Part shown: in pieces, positions 25,971-37,452 of the stretch
Layout of the letters: every line of letters begins with the position of its first letter
Numbering within the stretch: position 1 is the stretch's first letter
Assembly: GCF_001194135.2 (NCBI RefSeq)
Contig: NC_068985.1
Span: 59,282,941-59,346,940 of the forward strand
Direction of reading: 5' to 3'
Length of the DNA stretch: 64,000 nt
From: Octopus bimaculoides
Lineage: Eukaryota
Made by a program: the position numbers and the translations under genes
The notes under the pieces: model-generated
What the model was told of the DNA's origin: nothing
Database searches by the model: none
What the model saw: only the letters and a program-made list of their open reading frames with translations

Positions 25971-27715
25971 GTTCCGAGTACACGATCTCAAATCAAATCA
26001 TATGCTATGCAGGTACATCTCTGTAAATAGAAAGATTATCTCTATGAAATTTTATATTGTTTTAATGGAAATGAAAGTAAAATTTTGTATTGACACTGAC
26101 CAGCCCTTATATACATATAGTATGTTTAATAACGTAAATAACGCGGAAAGACACACAAACACACTGTGAGACATATACACACTCATACACTCACACAAAT
26201 ACATTCACAAGCAGATATACAGTCATATACAGAATGTGACGTCGTCGTCGTCGTCGCCGTCGTGGTTAGAATTAAAAGTAAAAGTATAACAGTGAGACGT
26301 ATAGTATATTTGATAACGTACCTAACGCGGAAACACACACATTGTGAGACATATATACACTTAAACACTCACACACGTACATTCAGAGACAGATGAAGAG
26401 TGACGTCGTCGTGGTTAACCAGCCCTTACATACATTTAGTGTGTTTAATAACGTACCTAACTGGGAAAGATACACACACTGTGAGGCATATACACACTGA
26501 TACATTCACAGACGTCGTCATCGTGGTTATGATTAGAAGTAAATGTATAAAAGTGAAACATATAACCAACTAGTTGTACAAGAATTCACGATCTTCAAAG
26601 GCTCTTTATCATGGAGAGCAAGGTAAAGTTATTTGCAGGCACTTTGTCTTGTTGAAAAATGCAAGAACTATTTATAAGTTTCGGATACTAAAAATTCTAA
26701 ATTTATGGGCAATCATTCAGCATAAGTGTGGGATACTGCCAACCGTAAAGAATGACATACACATCTAAATAGAAGTAATGATGGAACTTCTTTTCATTTC
26801 TAGGTAAACATCATTGTTGACTCCTATCATTACTCTATCGTTGTCGGTTCCTATAGCCAGTAAATTATTTTATATCTGATTTCTTTCTCACTAATTCAAT
26901 TCTTAAGGCATATACGGTGCCATCTGCATCAGATGTTTCTAAAGATACTATACTGAGATATGTATGTACCACATTTTTATGTGACTATAATATATAACAA
27001 TTCCTAACAACTTGTTTCTCGATATATCATTGGATTCATCTAATAACAGGCTAAATTTTTTATCTCCTATATCACAAATCAAATCTCCATCAAAATATGG
27101 AGCTAGAACATTTCTCACAATATTTGCACGTTTTGTACATCACGACAGAATAAAGCATTGTTAGGACGAATTTCCATGCTTTCATTCTTTGCAACATATT
27201 TACATTATTGTGTAGTGAGTTCAGGTGCTGACATGAGTTATCTCCTCACTCTACCCCAACCAGTACCACTCTGTATCCACGCCGGTGGCGGAAGGCTGGA
27301 AAAGTTTATAACTTGATAAACTTCCATTTGAAGTTTCAAGTAAGTGAAACAAAAATTCAGCAATAGCCGATAGTACTATAATTTGGCTATAAGATACATT
27401 AGTGAAAGAAAAAAGGAGGAAAAAGAAGAAGAAAGGGTAACTATTGCAGAAATGTCATGATCAGAGAAAAATGGTAAAATAATACTTAATAAAATGTTAA
27501 ACCTGCTATTTTCCCTGCTAAATGCTAGATTTAAAAAGTTTTCAGCTAAATGCTGAAAAAAAATCCTAGATCTAGCATAAAATATACTAAATTAGCAACC
27601 CTGACACACACACATACATTCACAGACAGATACACAGTCATATACAAAATGTGACGTCGTCGTCGTTGTCGTGGTTAGAATTAAAAGTAAAATTATAAAA
27701 GTGAAGCAATATATC
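24330..27715 (+). repeat. Complex tandem array of ~150-400 bp modular units
   Basis: At least 8 occurrences of TAATAACGTAC.TAACGCGGAAAG-ACAC-GAGACATATACAC..ACATTCACAGAC..AGTCATATACAAAATGTGACGTCGTCGT..GTGG, interleaved with a GAAAATAAAATTTCGTATTGACACTG..CAGCCCTTACAT module. Confidence 0.9.
26565..27603 (-). mobile_element. hAT transposase relic with one TIR
   Basis: Minus strand: TIR-like CAGGGTTGCTAATTTAG at 27603. RANIVRNVLAPYFDGDLICDIGDKKFSLLLDESNDIS (first catalytic D), AIGTDNDRVMIGVNN (second D), and a CVCHSL-type CxxH segment after a frameshift. Confidence 0.8.
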
Positions 27716-27978
27716 ACATCACATTATGGATAATACTCTTTCACTTTTATGACAATATAGATGTTATTCTTTAACTTTTATTCTTCAAGTATTGACACGA
27801 AATACGGAACCAGTGCGAATATTTTAATCCAAAAAAAAATTACATGCTGATACTCACGGGTTCTGATATTATTACCATGTGAAATTTGATTTGATCTCGT
27901 TTGAAAATGCATTGGGAACAGACAAAGGGACAAAGGATTTTATACATATATAGATTATATGGATATAATATAGTATTA

Positions 27979-28135
27979 AGGCAGTGAGCTGGTACAAACT
28001 TTAGCACGCCGGGCGAAATGCTTAGTCATTCTTTCAGGATCGATAAATCAAGTACCAGTTGCGTACTAGGGTCGATCTAATTGAATGTCACCCTCCCCCA
28101 AAATTTTGGGCCTTGTGCCTAGAGTAGAAAACAGT
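27979..28135 (+). mobile_element. SINE family A (internally deleted)
   Basis: Head GGCAGTGAGCTGG, central GATCGATAAATCAAGTACCAGTTGCGTACTAGGGTCGAT, tail GGCCTTGTGCCTAGAGTAGAAA. Confidence 0.85.
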
Positions 28136-29629
28136 ATAATAGTGTTGATAATTTTTTATTTTTGAATTGACAATTGTATATCTCCATTTTCCTTCCATTT
28201 TTATATNNNNNNNNNNNNNNNNNNNNNNNNNNNNNNNNNNNNNNNNNNNNNNNNNNNNNNNNNNNNNNNNNNNNNNNNNNNNNNNNNNNNNNNNNNNNNN
28301 NNNNNNNNNNNNNNNNNNNNNNNNNNNNNNNNNNNNNNNNNNNNNNNNNNNNNNNNNNNNNNNNNNNNNNNNNNNNNNNNNNNNNNNNNNNNNNNNNNNN
28401 NNNNNNNNNNNNNNNNNNNNNNNNNNNNNNNNNNNNNNNNNNNNNNNNNNNNNNNNNNNNNNNNNNNNNNNNNNNNNNNNNNNNNNNNNNNNNNNNNNNN
28501 NNNNNNNNNNNNNNNNNNNNNNNNNNNNNNNNNNNNNNNNNNNNNNNNNNNNNNNNNNNNNNNNNNNNNNNNNNNNNNNNNNNNNNNNNNNNNNNNNNNN
28601 NNNNNNNNNNNNNNNNNNNNNNNNNNNNNNNNNNNNNNNNNNNNNNNNNNNNNNNNNNNNNNNNNNNNNNNNNNNNNNNNNNNNNNNNNNNNNNNNNNNN
28701 NNNNNNNNNNNNNNNNNNNNNNNNNNNNNNNNNNNNNNNNNNNNNNNNNNNNNNNNNNNNNNNNNNNNNNNNNNNNNNNNNNNNNNNNNNNNNNNNNNNN
28801 NNNNNNNNNNNNNNNNNNNNNNNNNNNNNNNNNNNNNNNNNNNNNNNNNNNNNNNNNNNNNNNNNNNNNNNNNNNNNNNNNNNNNNNNNNNNNNNNNNNN
28901 NNNNNNNNNNNNNNNNNNNNNNNNNNNNNNNNNNNNNNNNNNNNNNNNNNNNNNNNNNNNNNNNNNNNNNNNNNNNNNNNNNNAGAGAAGAGGAGAAAGA
29001 CAAAGAATTCTGTATAGAAAGTATGACACTCATGCAAATGTAGAATCAGCGAAATCAAACATTAAAGAACCTCTGAATTAAATATATCTTTTAATCGTTG
29101 CAAGGAAACAAAGTGTCTCTCTGTCTCATGAAAAGGACCACAAAATATGGCTTGAATTTCAGTAGATACCAAACTGTTCATTCCGAAAAATACTGTGATT
29201 TGACTGGAAGGTAACCGCGGCTGATGAAAGCCGCCTATTTATGAAAATGAGTAATATTTGTGCTACATGGTTCACGTAACTAGCTAATCAAATCATTCCA
29301 TTGTATCTCCTGAACAGATAGAAAAAACTAAACAGCACACTCAAAGTGAAATCAAATCTACTTTCAAACCTTATTGACCCTGAAAGGATGAAATATAAAT
29401 TTGATTTCGTCGAGATTTCAATTTAGATGAGGAAGAGTCGGAAGAAATGACGCAAGGTGTTTTGACCGACATTTCTACCGATTCTGCAAATGCACTATCT
29501 TTATATTGAGAAATGGTAACAAATTTGATAGACACGAAATGACCTGAAATATTAACTTCACCGGTGAGCTGGCAGAAACGTTACTGCACCGGACTAAAAA
29601 CTAAGCAGCAACTCGTCTACATTTCTTTG

Positions 29630-30190
29630 CAGTCTCTAACCATAAGTTCGGTATTAAGGACAGGTGGGGGTCTTTTGTTAGGGTTACCTAGATACACTGA
29701 TGTTTGAAGTTACCTTGATACACTGGTGAATGAAGTTAATTATGCGTTGGATGCTCTTCATCATACTTCTGTCGGCTTCCTCAATACGACCATATGGGAT
29801 TGTCCTAACTAGAATATTGATATCATCTACAAACCTACAGTATACTATTACAAATATAGGGTGCTCATCATTGCCTAAGTTTTTTGTCCCACGAGGTCAC
29901 GAAGAGGAACGCAACGTTACCAGCCACACCGGCACTGATGACTGTTCCTTGAACCTGCATATACAGTTCCTTATTTTACTTGATTATGTGCTTCTTCAAA
30001 GCGACTATTACACTAGCGTGTATTATATGTTAAACTATCTTCTCACCTGATTGTTATCCTCTGGATCTTGGGTGGGTATAGTCCAGCAACTCCAGTATAC
30101 TGTGGCGTTCTTCTTCGCTGTCAGTTTTGATAATAGTTAGCCTTCCTCGTTCGGACCCGGTGGGGCAGAACCTCTCGCAAGTACTACGAC
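29630..30190 (-). mobile_element. Penelope-like RT fragment (downstream RT motifs)
   Basis: Minus strand: CERFCPTGSERGRLTII, ELYMQVQGTVISAGVAGNVAFLFVTSWDKKL, YCRFVDDINI (DD at 29822-29827). Confidence 0.75.
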
Positions 30191-30450
30191 TGCTCATTGA
30201 GATATAACCGGATGTCTGAGTGAGCGCTGAAGACCTCCTTAGTAGAGTCAATGACAGTATCACATCAAACGACCTCAACAGTTGTTTCGTAGGTATTATG
30301 GATGTAATTTCTCTTTATCCATCAACTGATATAGATTTTGCTGTTCAAAACTGTGAGAACGAAGTGGAGTTCCACAAAGTAAACACGAGGGAAGTAGGCC
30401 TCCCGCAAAGATTAACCTATAACAAAATTACTTGGAGAATCACGACTTAA
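30190..30450 (+). mobile_element. Penelope-like RT fragment (upstream motif), inverted relative to 29630-30190
   Basis: SAEDLLSRVN..SCFVGIMDVISLYPSTDIDFAV..EVEFHKVNTREVGL. The DV.SLYP motif lies at 30301-30321. Confidence 0.7.
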
Positions 30451-30595
30451 GTAGACGCAAACGTAAAAAATAATTGTAAAAGTTTAACAATTCCTCAACT
30501 TCTCAGCAGAAAAAATGAGAAGAAATATAATATAGATCATATTCTTTATACTACAGCTTCCCATAGAATCAACTCGGACAAAGACTATTGAACTG

Positions 30596-30690
<95 letters not shown>

Positions 30691-30691
<1 letters not shown>

Positions 30692-31547
30692 GGATGTTTA
30701 CATTTTTCGAATACTCATGGAGAAAGGAAAGGACAGGTATTCACAGAAGTTGTAGATATTAAAGTTTTTTTATTTAACTGATCGTTTGTGTGTTCGAAAC
30801 CTGTAGGTATGTAAATTCCTAACTTATTTCGAGGGAGATTTAAAATATTCATAGGATATTGTAGTTATTCCAGTCTTTGGGAATAGAAGGAGGAAGAAAT
30901 GTTCACCTTTTTGAATTTTTGAATTTCTGAAGTTCTTTTCCTTTTGGAATTTTTCTTTTCTTTTTAAACTTTTTGCTGTGGTTTACAGTTTTTGTAGTTT
31001 GCAGTATATCTATATTGGCAAGTGAATACCTCCTTAATTTTTTTCTGTGCATTTAATTGTGATGTTACAATAAAAGGCAGGTTTATATATTCCGGTAGTC
31101 AAGGAAAAAGGAAAGATAAAAAGTTCACGCAAAATTAGAAATATTAAAGTTCCTAAATTATTTTGAGATGTTTGTATGTCCGTTCAGAGAAGACTGTAGT
31201 TTTTTACTATAAAAAGCATGTTTACATTTTCGAATACTTAGGGTGAAAAGAAAGGAAAGAAAATAAAGGTAAACGTTTTAGAGAGAATTGTAGATATTAA
31301 GGTTTTAAAATTTACTGGAGATGACCTTTTGTCTGTCCGAACAGAGAAAACTATAGTGTTCTTGGAATAAAGAGGATGTTTACGTTTCCGAATACTCAGG
31401 GAGAAAGGAAAGGATAGATATGCACAGAAGTTGCAGATATTAATGGTTTTAAAGTTGATCGTTTATGTGTTCGAAAGCTGTAGATATGTAAATTTATTAC
31501 CTTATTTTGAGGGAAATACAAAATACTCACAGGAAATTGTAGATATT
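30691..31547. repeat. Unclassified dispersed repeat, copy 2, with internal sub-repeats
   Basis: Homologous to 10363-10961. GGATGTTTAC.TTT.CGAATACTCAGGGAGAAAGGAAAGG recurs at ~30691, ~31216 and ~31374. Confidence 0.85.
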
Positions 31548-31710
31548 CGACGGGCTTCTTTCAGTTTCCGTCTACCAAATCCACTCACAAGTCTTTGGTC
31601 GGCCCGAGGCTATAGTTGAAGATATTTTCCCATGGTGCGATACAGTGGGACTGAAACCGGAACCATATAGTTGATAAGCAAGCTACTTACCACAAAGCCA
31701 CTCATGCGCC
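31548..31710 (-). mobile_element. SINE family B (tRNA-like head, GGATTTGGTAGACGGAAACTGAAAGAAGCCCGTCG tail)
   Basis: Minus head GGCGCATGAGTGGCTTTGTGG..GGTTTCAGTCCC. Homologous to 33686-33838, 35421-35555 and 49912-50038. Confidence 0.85.
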
Positions 31711-33235
31711 TATATTTATATGCATGCACGCCAACATACTGAAATACATACATGTTTACGTACGCACAAACCTGCATATGTGCATGTTATACATATATAT
31801 GTATGTACGAATGTATGTATGTAAGTATGGATGGATGGATGGATGGATATATGTTCGGATGATTTGGAGTCAGAATAGGTTACTAAAAACTAGAGACAGA
31901 GAGAAAGAAAGAGACTAAGAGAAAGGAGAAAGGGTGATACTCTTAGATAAGGGAATAGAAAGAGAGAGAGAGAGAATGAAAGAAATACGCTGTTAAATAT
32001 AGTATGAATAATGGTATGAGAATAATAAACATTTCAAAACGGAATTCGAAGGTTAGCTGGATTGATGTCAGCGCATAAATATAACGAAACAAAGGACTAA
32101 AGTCATAGAAGAATATGGTCCACTATGTTGATTATTTCTTTTGGGGTTATGGTGTCTGAATATCAAAAAAGTAAATAAAAAGAAATCTGAAATATAATTG
32201 TCTGTATTAGTAAAATTGAAGAATGGCACGTTTGGTTATGATTTCGTGTCTTTAAGCATTTAGCGACTTTGCTTGTGTGGCTTTGTATCCATTGTGAATG
32301 AAACGGAAGTTAATAGTGCGTTTTTCCCGTTGCGTTTCAGGAATCATCAGTGTTGCTTACTTTCTAATGCCACATTCAAATAATGGTAAGCGAAATGGTT
32401 GTTTGTATCAAAAGTTGAATAGAGGCCAAATCAGCCTAAAACAAGTTTACATATCTGATGAATTATTAGTTCCTACCTTGTCACTATTTTCACTTCTCTC
32501 GCGGTTATCAATACACTTTAACTTTTGACGTGTTAATTTATGCATCAATTTACTCTTTGGAATGGACAAAAGACGAAGGGGCTCAGATGTTTTCTCACCA
32601 CCTACATGAAATAGTAACTGAATTACCCTACTTACATCGTTTAAAAAATTGGAAGAACACTTTCAATACCGCAGTCATAAATATTAATATATCAGAGTAT
32701 AAGTATGGTGGCCATAGCAGGAACTTCTTTATTCCGAGGTTCCTGATGGCGCTTAACCAGAGAATAAGCCGCAGCCACGTAAATGAAAACAAATTACTCG
32801 CAATAGTTGTTAGTAAGTTACGTTAGTCGAACTATAAATAATTTTAATTAACACAATTAGTCATAATTAGGAATTCGAGATTTGAACAAAAATGTGATCC
32901 ATAGCGCAATCCCTATATTATGTAGCTAACTATTTATTGACAATGAAAATTTGTATCACTTTCTATGTAGTAGAGAGTCAGACGTCAGAGAAGAAATAAC
33001 ATTGTGTAACTTTGACTGTGAATTTCTCTCCTTGATGAAATATCTCTATGCCTGTCGTCTATATAACTCACTAAAGAATCCATTTCTGACAGCCCGACAA
33101 AGAATAACAGGCAGAAAATTCGAAGTCACAGTCTTGTAAAAATTAATAAATATATGCTCTACGAAATGTACTGAGTAATTATTCAGTTTACTGCTAAAGT
33201 GTTTTATTTTGTTTTGTTTTTATTATAACTCAACA

Positions 33236-33400
33236 GAAGGCGGTGAGCGGGCAGAATCGTTAGCTCAGCGACATTTCGTCCGTCCTTGTCGACTTTGCCT
33301 TTCGGGGTCGATGAAATAAAGTACCAGTTACGTAGTGGGGTCGATATGATTGACTATTCCTCATCCCCAAATTTCAGGCCTTTTGCCGTCAGTAGAAAGG
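33236..33400 (+). mobile_element. SINE family A with probable TSD
   Basis: Family head and GGGGTCGAT blocks. ATTATAACT(C/G)AAC lies on both flanks. Confidence 0.85.
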
Positions 33401-33444
33401 ATTATAACTGAACATAAAACATATCTTGATATAATATGTATACG

Positions 33445-33665
33445 GAAGGCGGCGGGCTGACAGAATCGTTTGCACTCTAGACAAAATTTTTGGCTGCATT
33501 TCGTCCGTCTTTATATTCTAATTTCAAATTCCAACTAGATCGGCATTGCTTTTCATACATTTCGGGGTCGAGAAAATATTACGAGTTAAGGATTGGAATC
33601 GATGTAACTGATTTACCCCCTCCCCCGAAATTGCTGGCTTTGTGCCAAATTTGAGACGAATATTA
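33445..33665 (+). mobile_element. SINE family A
   Basis: GAAGGCGGCGGGCTGACAGAATCG..TTTCGGGGTCGAG..GCTGGCTTTGTGCCAAATTTGAG. Confidence 0.8.
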
Positions 33666-33685
33666 TATTTATAATATATATTATA

Positions 33686-33838
33686 GCGTAGGCGGGTTGT
33701 TTGATAAGAAGTTGGCTAGCCAAACACTGTGTTCCGGTTTCAGTCCCATTGCACGGCATATTGGGTAAGTGTCTTATTCTGTAGCCTCGGGCCGACCAAA
33801 GACTTGTGAATGGATTTGGTAGACAGAAATAGAAAGAA
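33686..33838 (+). mobile_element. SINE family B
   Basis: GTTCCGGTTTCAGTCCC B-box and GCCTCGGGCCGACCAAAGACTTGTGAATGGATTTGGTAGAC, followed by (CATA)n. Confidence 0.85.
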
Positions 33839-33882
33839 TATATGCATACATAGATACATACATACATACATACATACATACA

Positions 33883-33913
<31 letters not shown>

Positions 33914-33998
33914 GTATATTATGTGAATAAGGGGTCCAACGTAGGTAATATATGAGCGTGTGAATATAAAGATTTACTTTTCGTAAGGAGATAGAAAA

Positions 33999-34204
33999 TA
34001 GAATGTCTTACAGCAGTTTCCATGATATTTATTATATCCCTTCATCGGAGACGGTGTGAGAGGATGGCTAAGCAATAGTTAATTTAGATAAGATCACTCT
34101 CTATTTCGTATCTTATCTAAATTAACTATTGCTTAACCATCCTCTCACACCGTCTCCGATGAAAGGATATGATAAATAACCTGGAAACAGCTGTAAGAAT
34201 TCTA
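33999..34204. mobile_element. Fold-back MITE-like element (~95-bp arms, 15-nt loop)
   Basis: 33999-34094 and 34110-34204 are reverse complements with few mismatches. TA at both ends. Confidence 0.8.
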
Positions 34205-34949
34205 TTTATAAACGTTCTAAAATATACACAGCCTTGGTTTTTTATCTCATTACGAAAAGTTAATCCTTATATATATATATATATANNNNNNNNNNNNNNN
34301 NNNNNNNNNNNNNNNNNNNNNNNNNNNNNNNNNNNNNNNNNNNNNNNNNNNNNNNNNNNNNNNNNNNNNNNNNNNNNNNNNNNNNNNNNNNNNNNNNNNN
34401 NNNNNNNNNNNNNNNNNNNNNNNNNNNNNNNNNNNNNNNNNNNNNNNNNNNNNNNNNNNNNNNNNNNNNNNNNNNNNNNNNNNNNNNNNNNNNNNNNNNN
34501 NNNNNNNNNNNNNNNNNNNNNNNNNNNNNNNNNNNNNNNNNNNNNNNNNNNNNNNNNNNNNNNNNNNNNNNNNNNNNNNNNNNNNNNNNNNNNNNNNNNN
34601 NNNNNNNNNNNNNNNNNNNNNNNNNNNNNNNNNNNNNNNNNNNNNNNNNNNNNNNNNNNNNNNNNNNNNNNNNNNNNNNNNNNNNNNNNNNNNNNNNNNN
34701 NNNNNNNNNNNNNNNNNNNNNNNNNNNNNNNNNNNNNNNNNNNNNNNNNNNNNNNNNNNNNNNNNNNNNNNNNNNNNNNNNNNNNNNNNNNNNNNNNNNN
34801 NNNNNNNNNNNNNNNNNNNNNNNNNNNNNNNNNNNNNNNNNNNNNNNNNNNNNNNNNNNNNNNNNNNNNNNNNNNNNNNNNNNNNNNNNNNNNNNNNNNN
34901 NNNNNNNNNNNNNNNNNNNNNNNNNNNNNNNNNNNNNNNNNNCTATCTA

Positions 34950-34997
<48 letters not shown>

Positions 34998-35420
34998 TCC
35001 CTCCACCTCCCCTATCTCCCTCCACCTCCCTATCTCCCCCCCCTCTCTCTCCATTATACAGAGATTAATACGGTAGAACAACTAAAATGAAATATATCAT
35101 CGAGATGGAATACACATGCTTTTTAACACTCAAAATATGTGAAATATGGAACTCTAACAGCAGCCTTGATATTGTTATGTGTTAAATCATATTGAAGCTT
35201 ACTAAAAACAATGAAATACTGTTAGTCATGATCACTCCCAACTAAAAATTGTAAGAACTTCATAATAGGTAAAAAAAAAAATCAATTAGTCAATTCTACG
35301 TAATTTCTTTGTATTTTTTAATTCCAAATTCAAATTTCTAATCTTGTTAGGTGGAGATAGTTTCTCCTTTGTATTAACAATTATGACCCTGAAAACATAC
35401 ACAGATCACAAGATTATATT

Positions 35421-35555
35421 TAGCTTCCGTCTACCAAATTTACTAAGGCTTTGATCGGTCCGGGTCTACAATAAGAGACAAATGCCCAAAGAATGATATG
35501 ATAGCGCTAACATGAAAATCACATGGCTGCGAAGCGAACTTTTCAGCCACACAGT
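35421..35555 (-). mobile_element. SINE family B, degraded
   Basis: TTCCGTCTACCAAAT..GCTTTGATCGGTCC..AGCCACACAG. Confidence 0.65.
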
Positions 35556-36114
35556 AAAGACTGCACTTATATATATTGTTACGAATTTCTCTATCAAAGT
35601 TTATATTTTTGTCATTGTCATTAGCATTATTATAACATTTTAATAAATAACTTCGTCTAATTGCTATTACATGTCTATTGAATAAATTTCCTATTTTTCT
35701 ATTTTAATGAAAACATTATTTCTATTATATAAAGCATAGATTTGTCGTTAACTGCGTCGTTCTTCTGCTAACCTAATCACATACTTTGATTTCTTTCAGA
35801 AGATTTCTTTTTCGCCTTTTTCCTATATTTCATTTTCGCATTATTTATAATTCCGATAATTATTCAATTTTTGTTACTCAACTAAATGTTAATCGCAGCT
35901 TTGAAACATGATTCACTTTAGTTGAAGTAGACACAATTATCGATCTTTACGGATTCTTTATTCATCCGATGTTTAAACATTCACATTATTAATCTATTGA
36001 TTTCAATATTAGAAATACGCTTAAATCTTTAGATTGTTTCGCAACTTTTTTCTTAATTATGGTATATACGTATGGGTGTAGGTGCTTGTGAGTGTGTACT
36101 GCACCTGAAGAAGC

Positions 36115-36165
<51 letters not shown>

Positions 36166-36522
36166 TGTGTGTGTATGTGCGTGTGTGTGTGTATGTATGT
36201 ATGTATGTATATATATATATATACATGTATGTATACAAACATACGCACATACATACAGACACACATGCATATATACATACATACATACATACATACATAC
36301 ATTCTACTGTATAAATATATCGTAACTGTTTTTAAAGTATAATTATAACCGCTGATGTGTGAGTGATAAGAATAGGTGCAGGCATGACTGTAGTCCAGTG
36401 ACTGACACAAAGGATATATAATATATTGATGTATATTTTAAGCACCGCAAACATTATCGGATATAGAACGCAATACGCTGAGTTGAGTGGAGTGGCTAGA
36501 TAGGTATACGGTATCAATCATT

Positions 36523-36592
36523 GATCTCCTCACTCAGTTTCGTTCTTGGCCGGGTTGTTCATAGCAGCCCGAGGCAAAACTCATAGTAGACC
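36523..36592 (-). ncRNA. Degenerate hammerhead-like motif
   Basis: Minus: GGTCTA-CTATGA-GTTTTG..long stem..CAAGAAC-GAAAC..GAGATC. The core lacks G5 and the triplet is not canonical. Confidence 0.3.
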
Positions 36593-36668
36593 GATATAAC
36601 CATAATGTACATAAATATGTACATAGATACAACATGCGCGCACGCACACGCACACGCACGCACACACG

Positions 36669-36704
<36 letters not shown>

Positions 36705-37452
36705 AATATATATATAAAGCACGATTTATTCGCGATCAGATTTGTTCGAAAACCGAGGTACTATTGTATATTTATACATATATATATGTATATGTATATA
36801 GTATTTCTGTCTACTCCCTCAGCCCTTCCCCTAACAGATACTGCCCCTTTGTTCTCTCAGCCTTAGATATGCAAGGATTTAATAAACTAGTCTATAAATT
36901 AAAACTTACCCCATAAAATCAAAAAATCAGTGATAGGCAGAGTCTGTAACAATGTATATCTTCTTGATACCTTAGTAGCTTCTCCTCTGGGTGAAGGCAG
37001 CATGTTCTTTATCTATCTCCTTAACATCTTGGAGATTTTAGGTATAATTATACTAACGTGTCCATCTCTTGTAATTTAATTGAATTCCTATGTCTTTCTG
37101 CAACGGAGGATTGCTCTGCATTTAAATTGATGTAATGATTTCAGTATTCAATTAAATAGAGTTGGATGAAACGATCGTATTGCATTACCTCTGGATATCC
37201 TTGTTGCTTATTTTGATTTTAATCACCTTACATTGAAATTGTATGGATGATACCGTACTAAATTCTGGTGACTCAACTTAAGTACCATATTCATCTGAAT
37301 ATATATATATATATAATTTAATTTATATAACGGCATTACTATACAATAATGCCTCACGCTTAGAGGAACTCCATAAGTCAAAACTACCAAAATAAACACA
37401 TTTTTACCGATCGCGAAGGAATGCAACTTCAAAGCTAACCTCCTAAAAACTT

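Noticed and set aside
24330-27715. Repeat-spacer appearance suggesting CRISPR
   Set aside because: The context is eukaryotic, the 'spacers' are homologous to each other and of irregular length, and there are no cas genes.
29217-29250. CTGATGA within hairpin GCGGCT/AGCCGC as a hammerhead
   Set aside because: No stem II before the next GAAA and no stem I/III. The motif is the loop of a simple hairpin.
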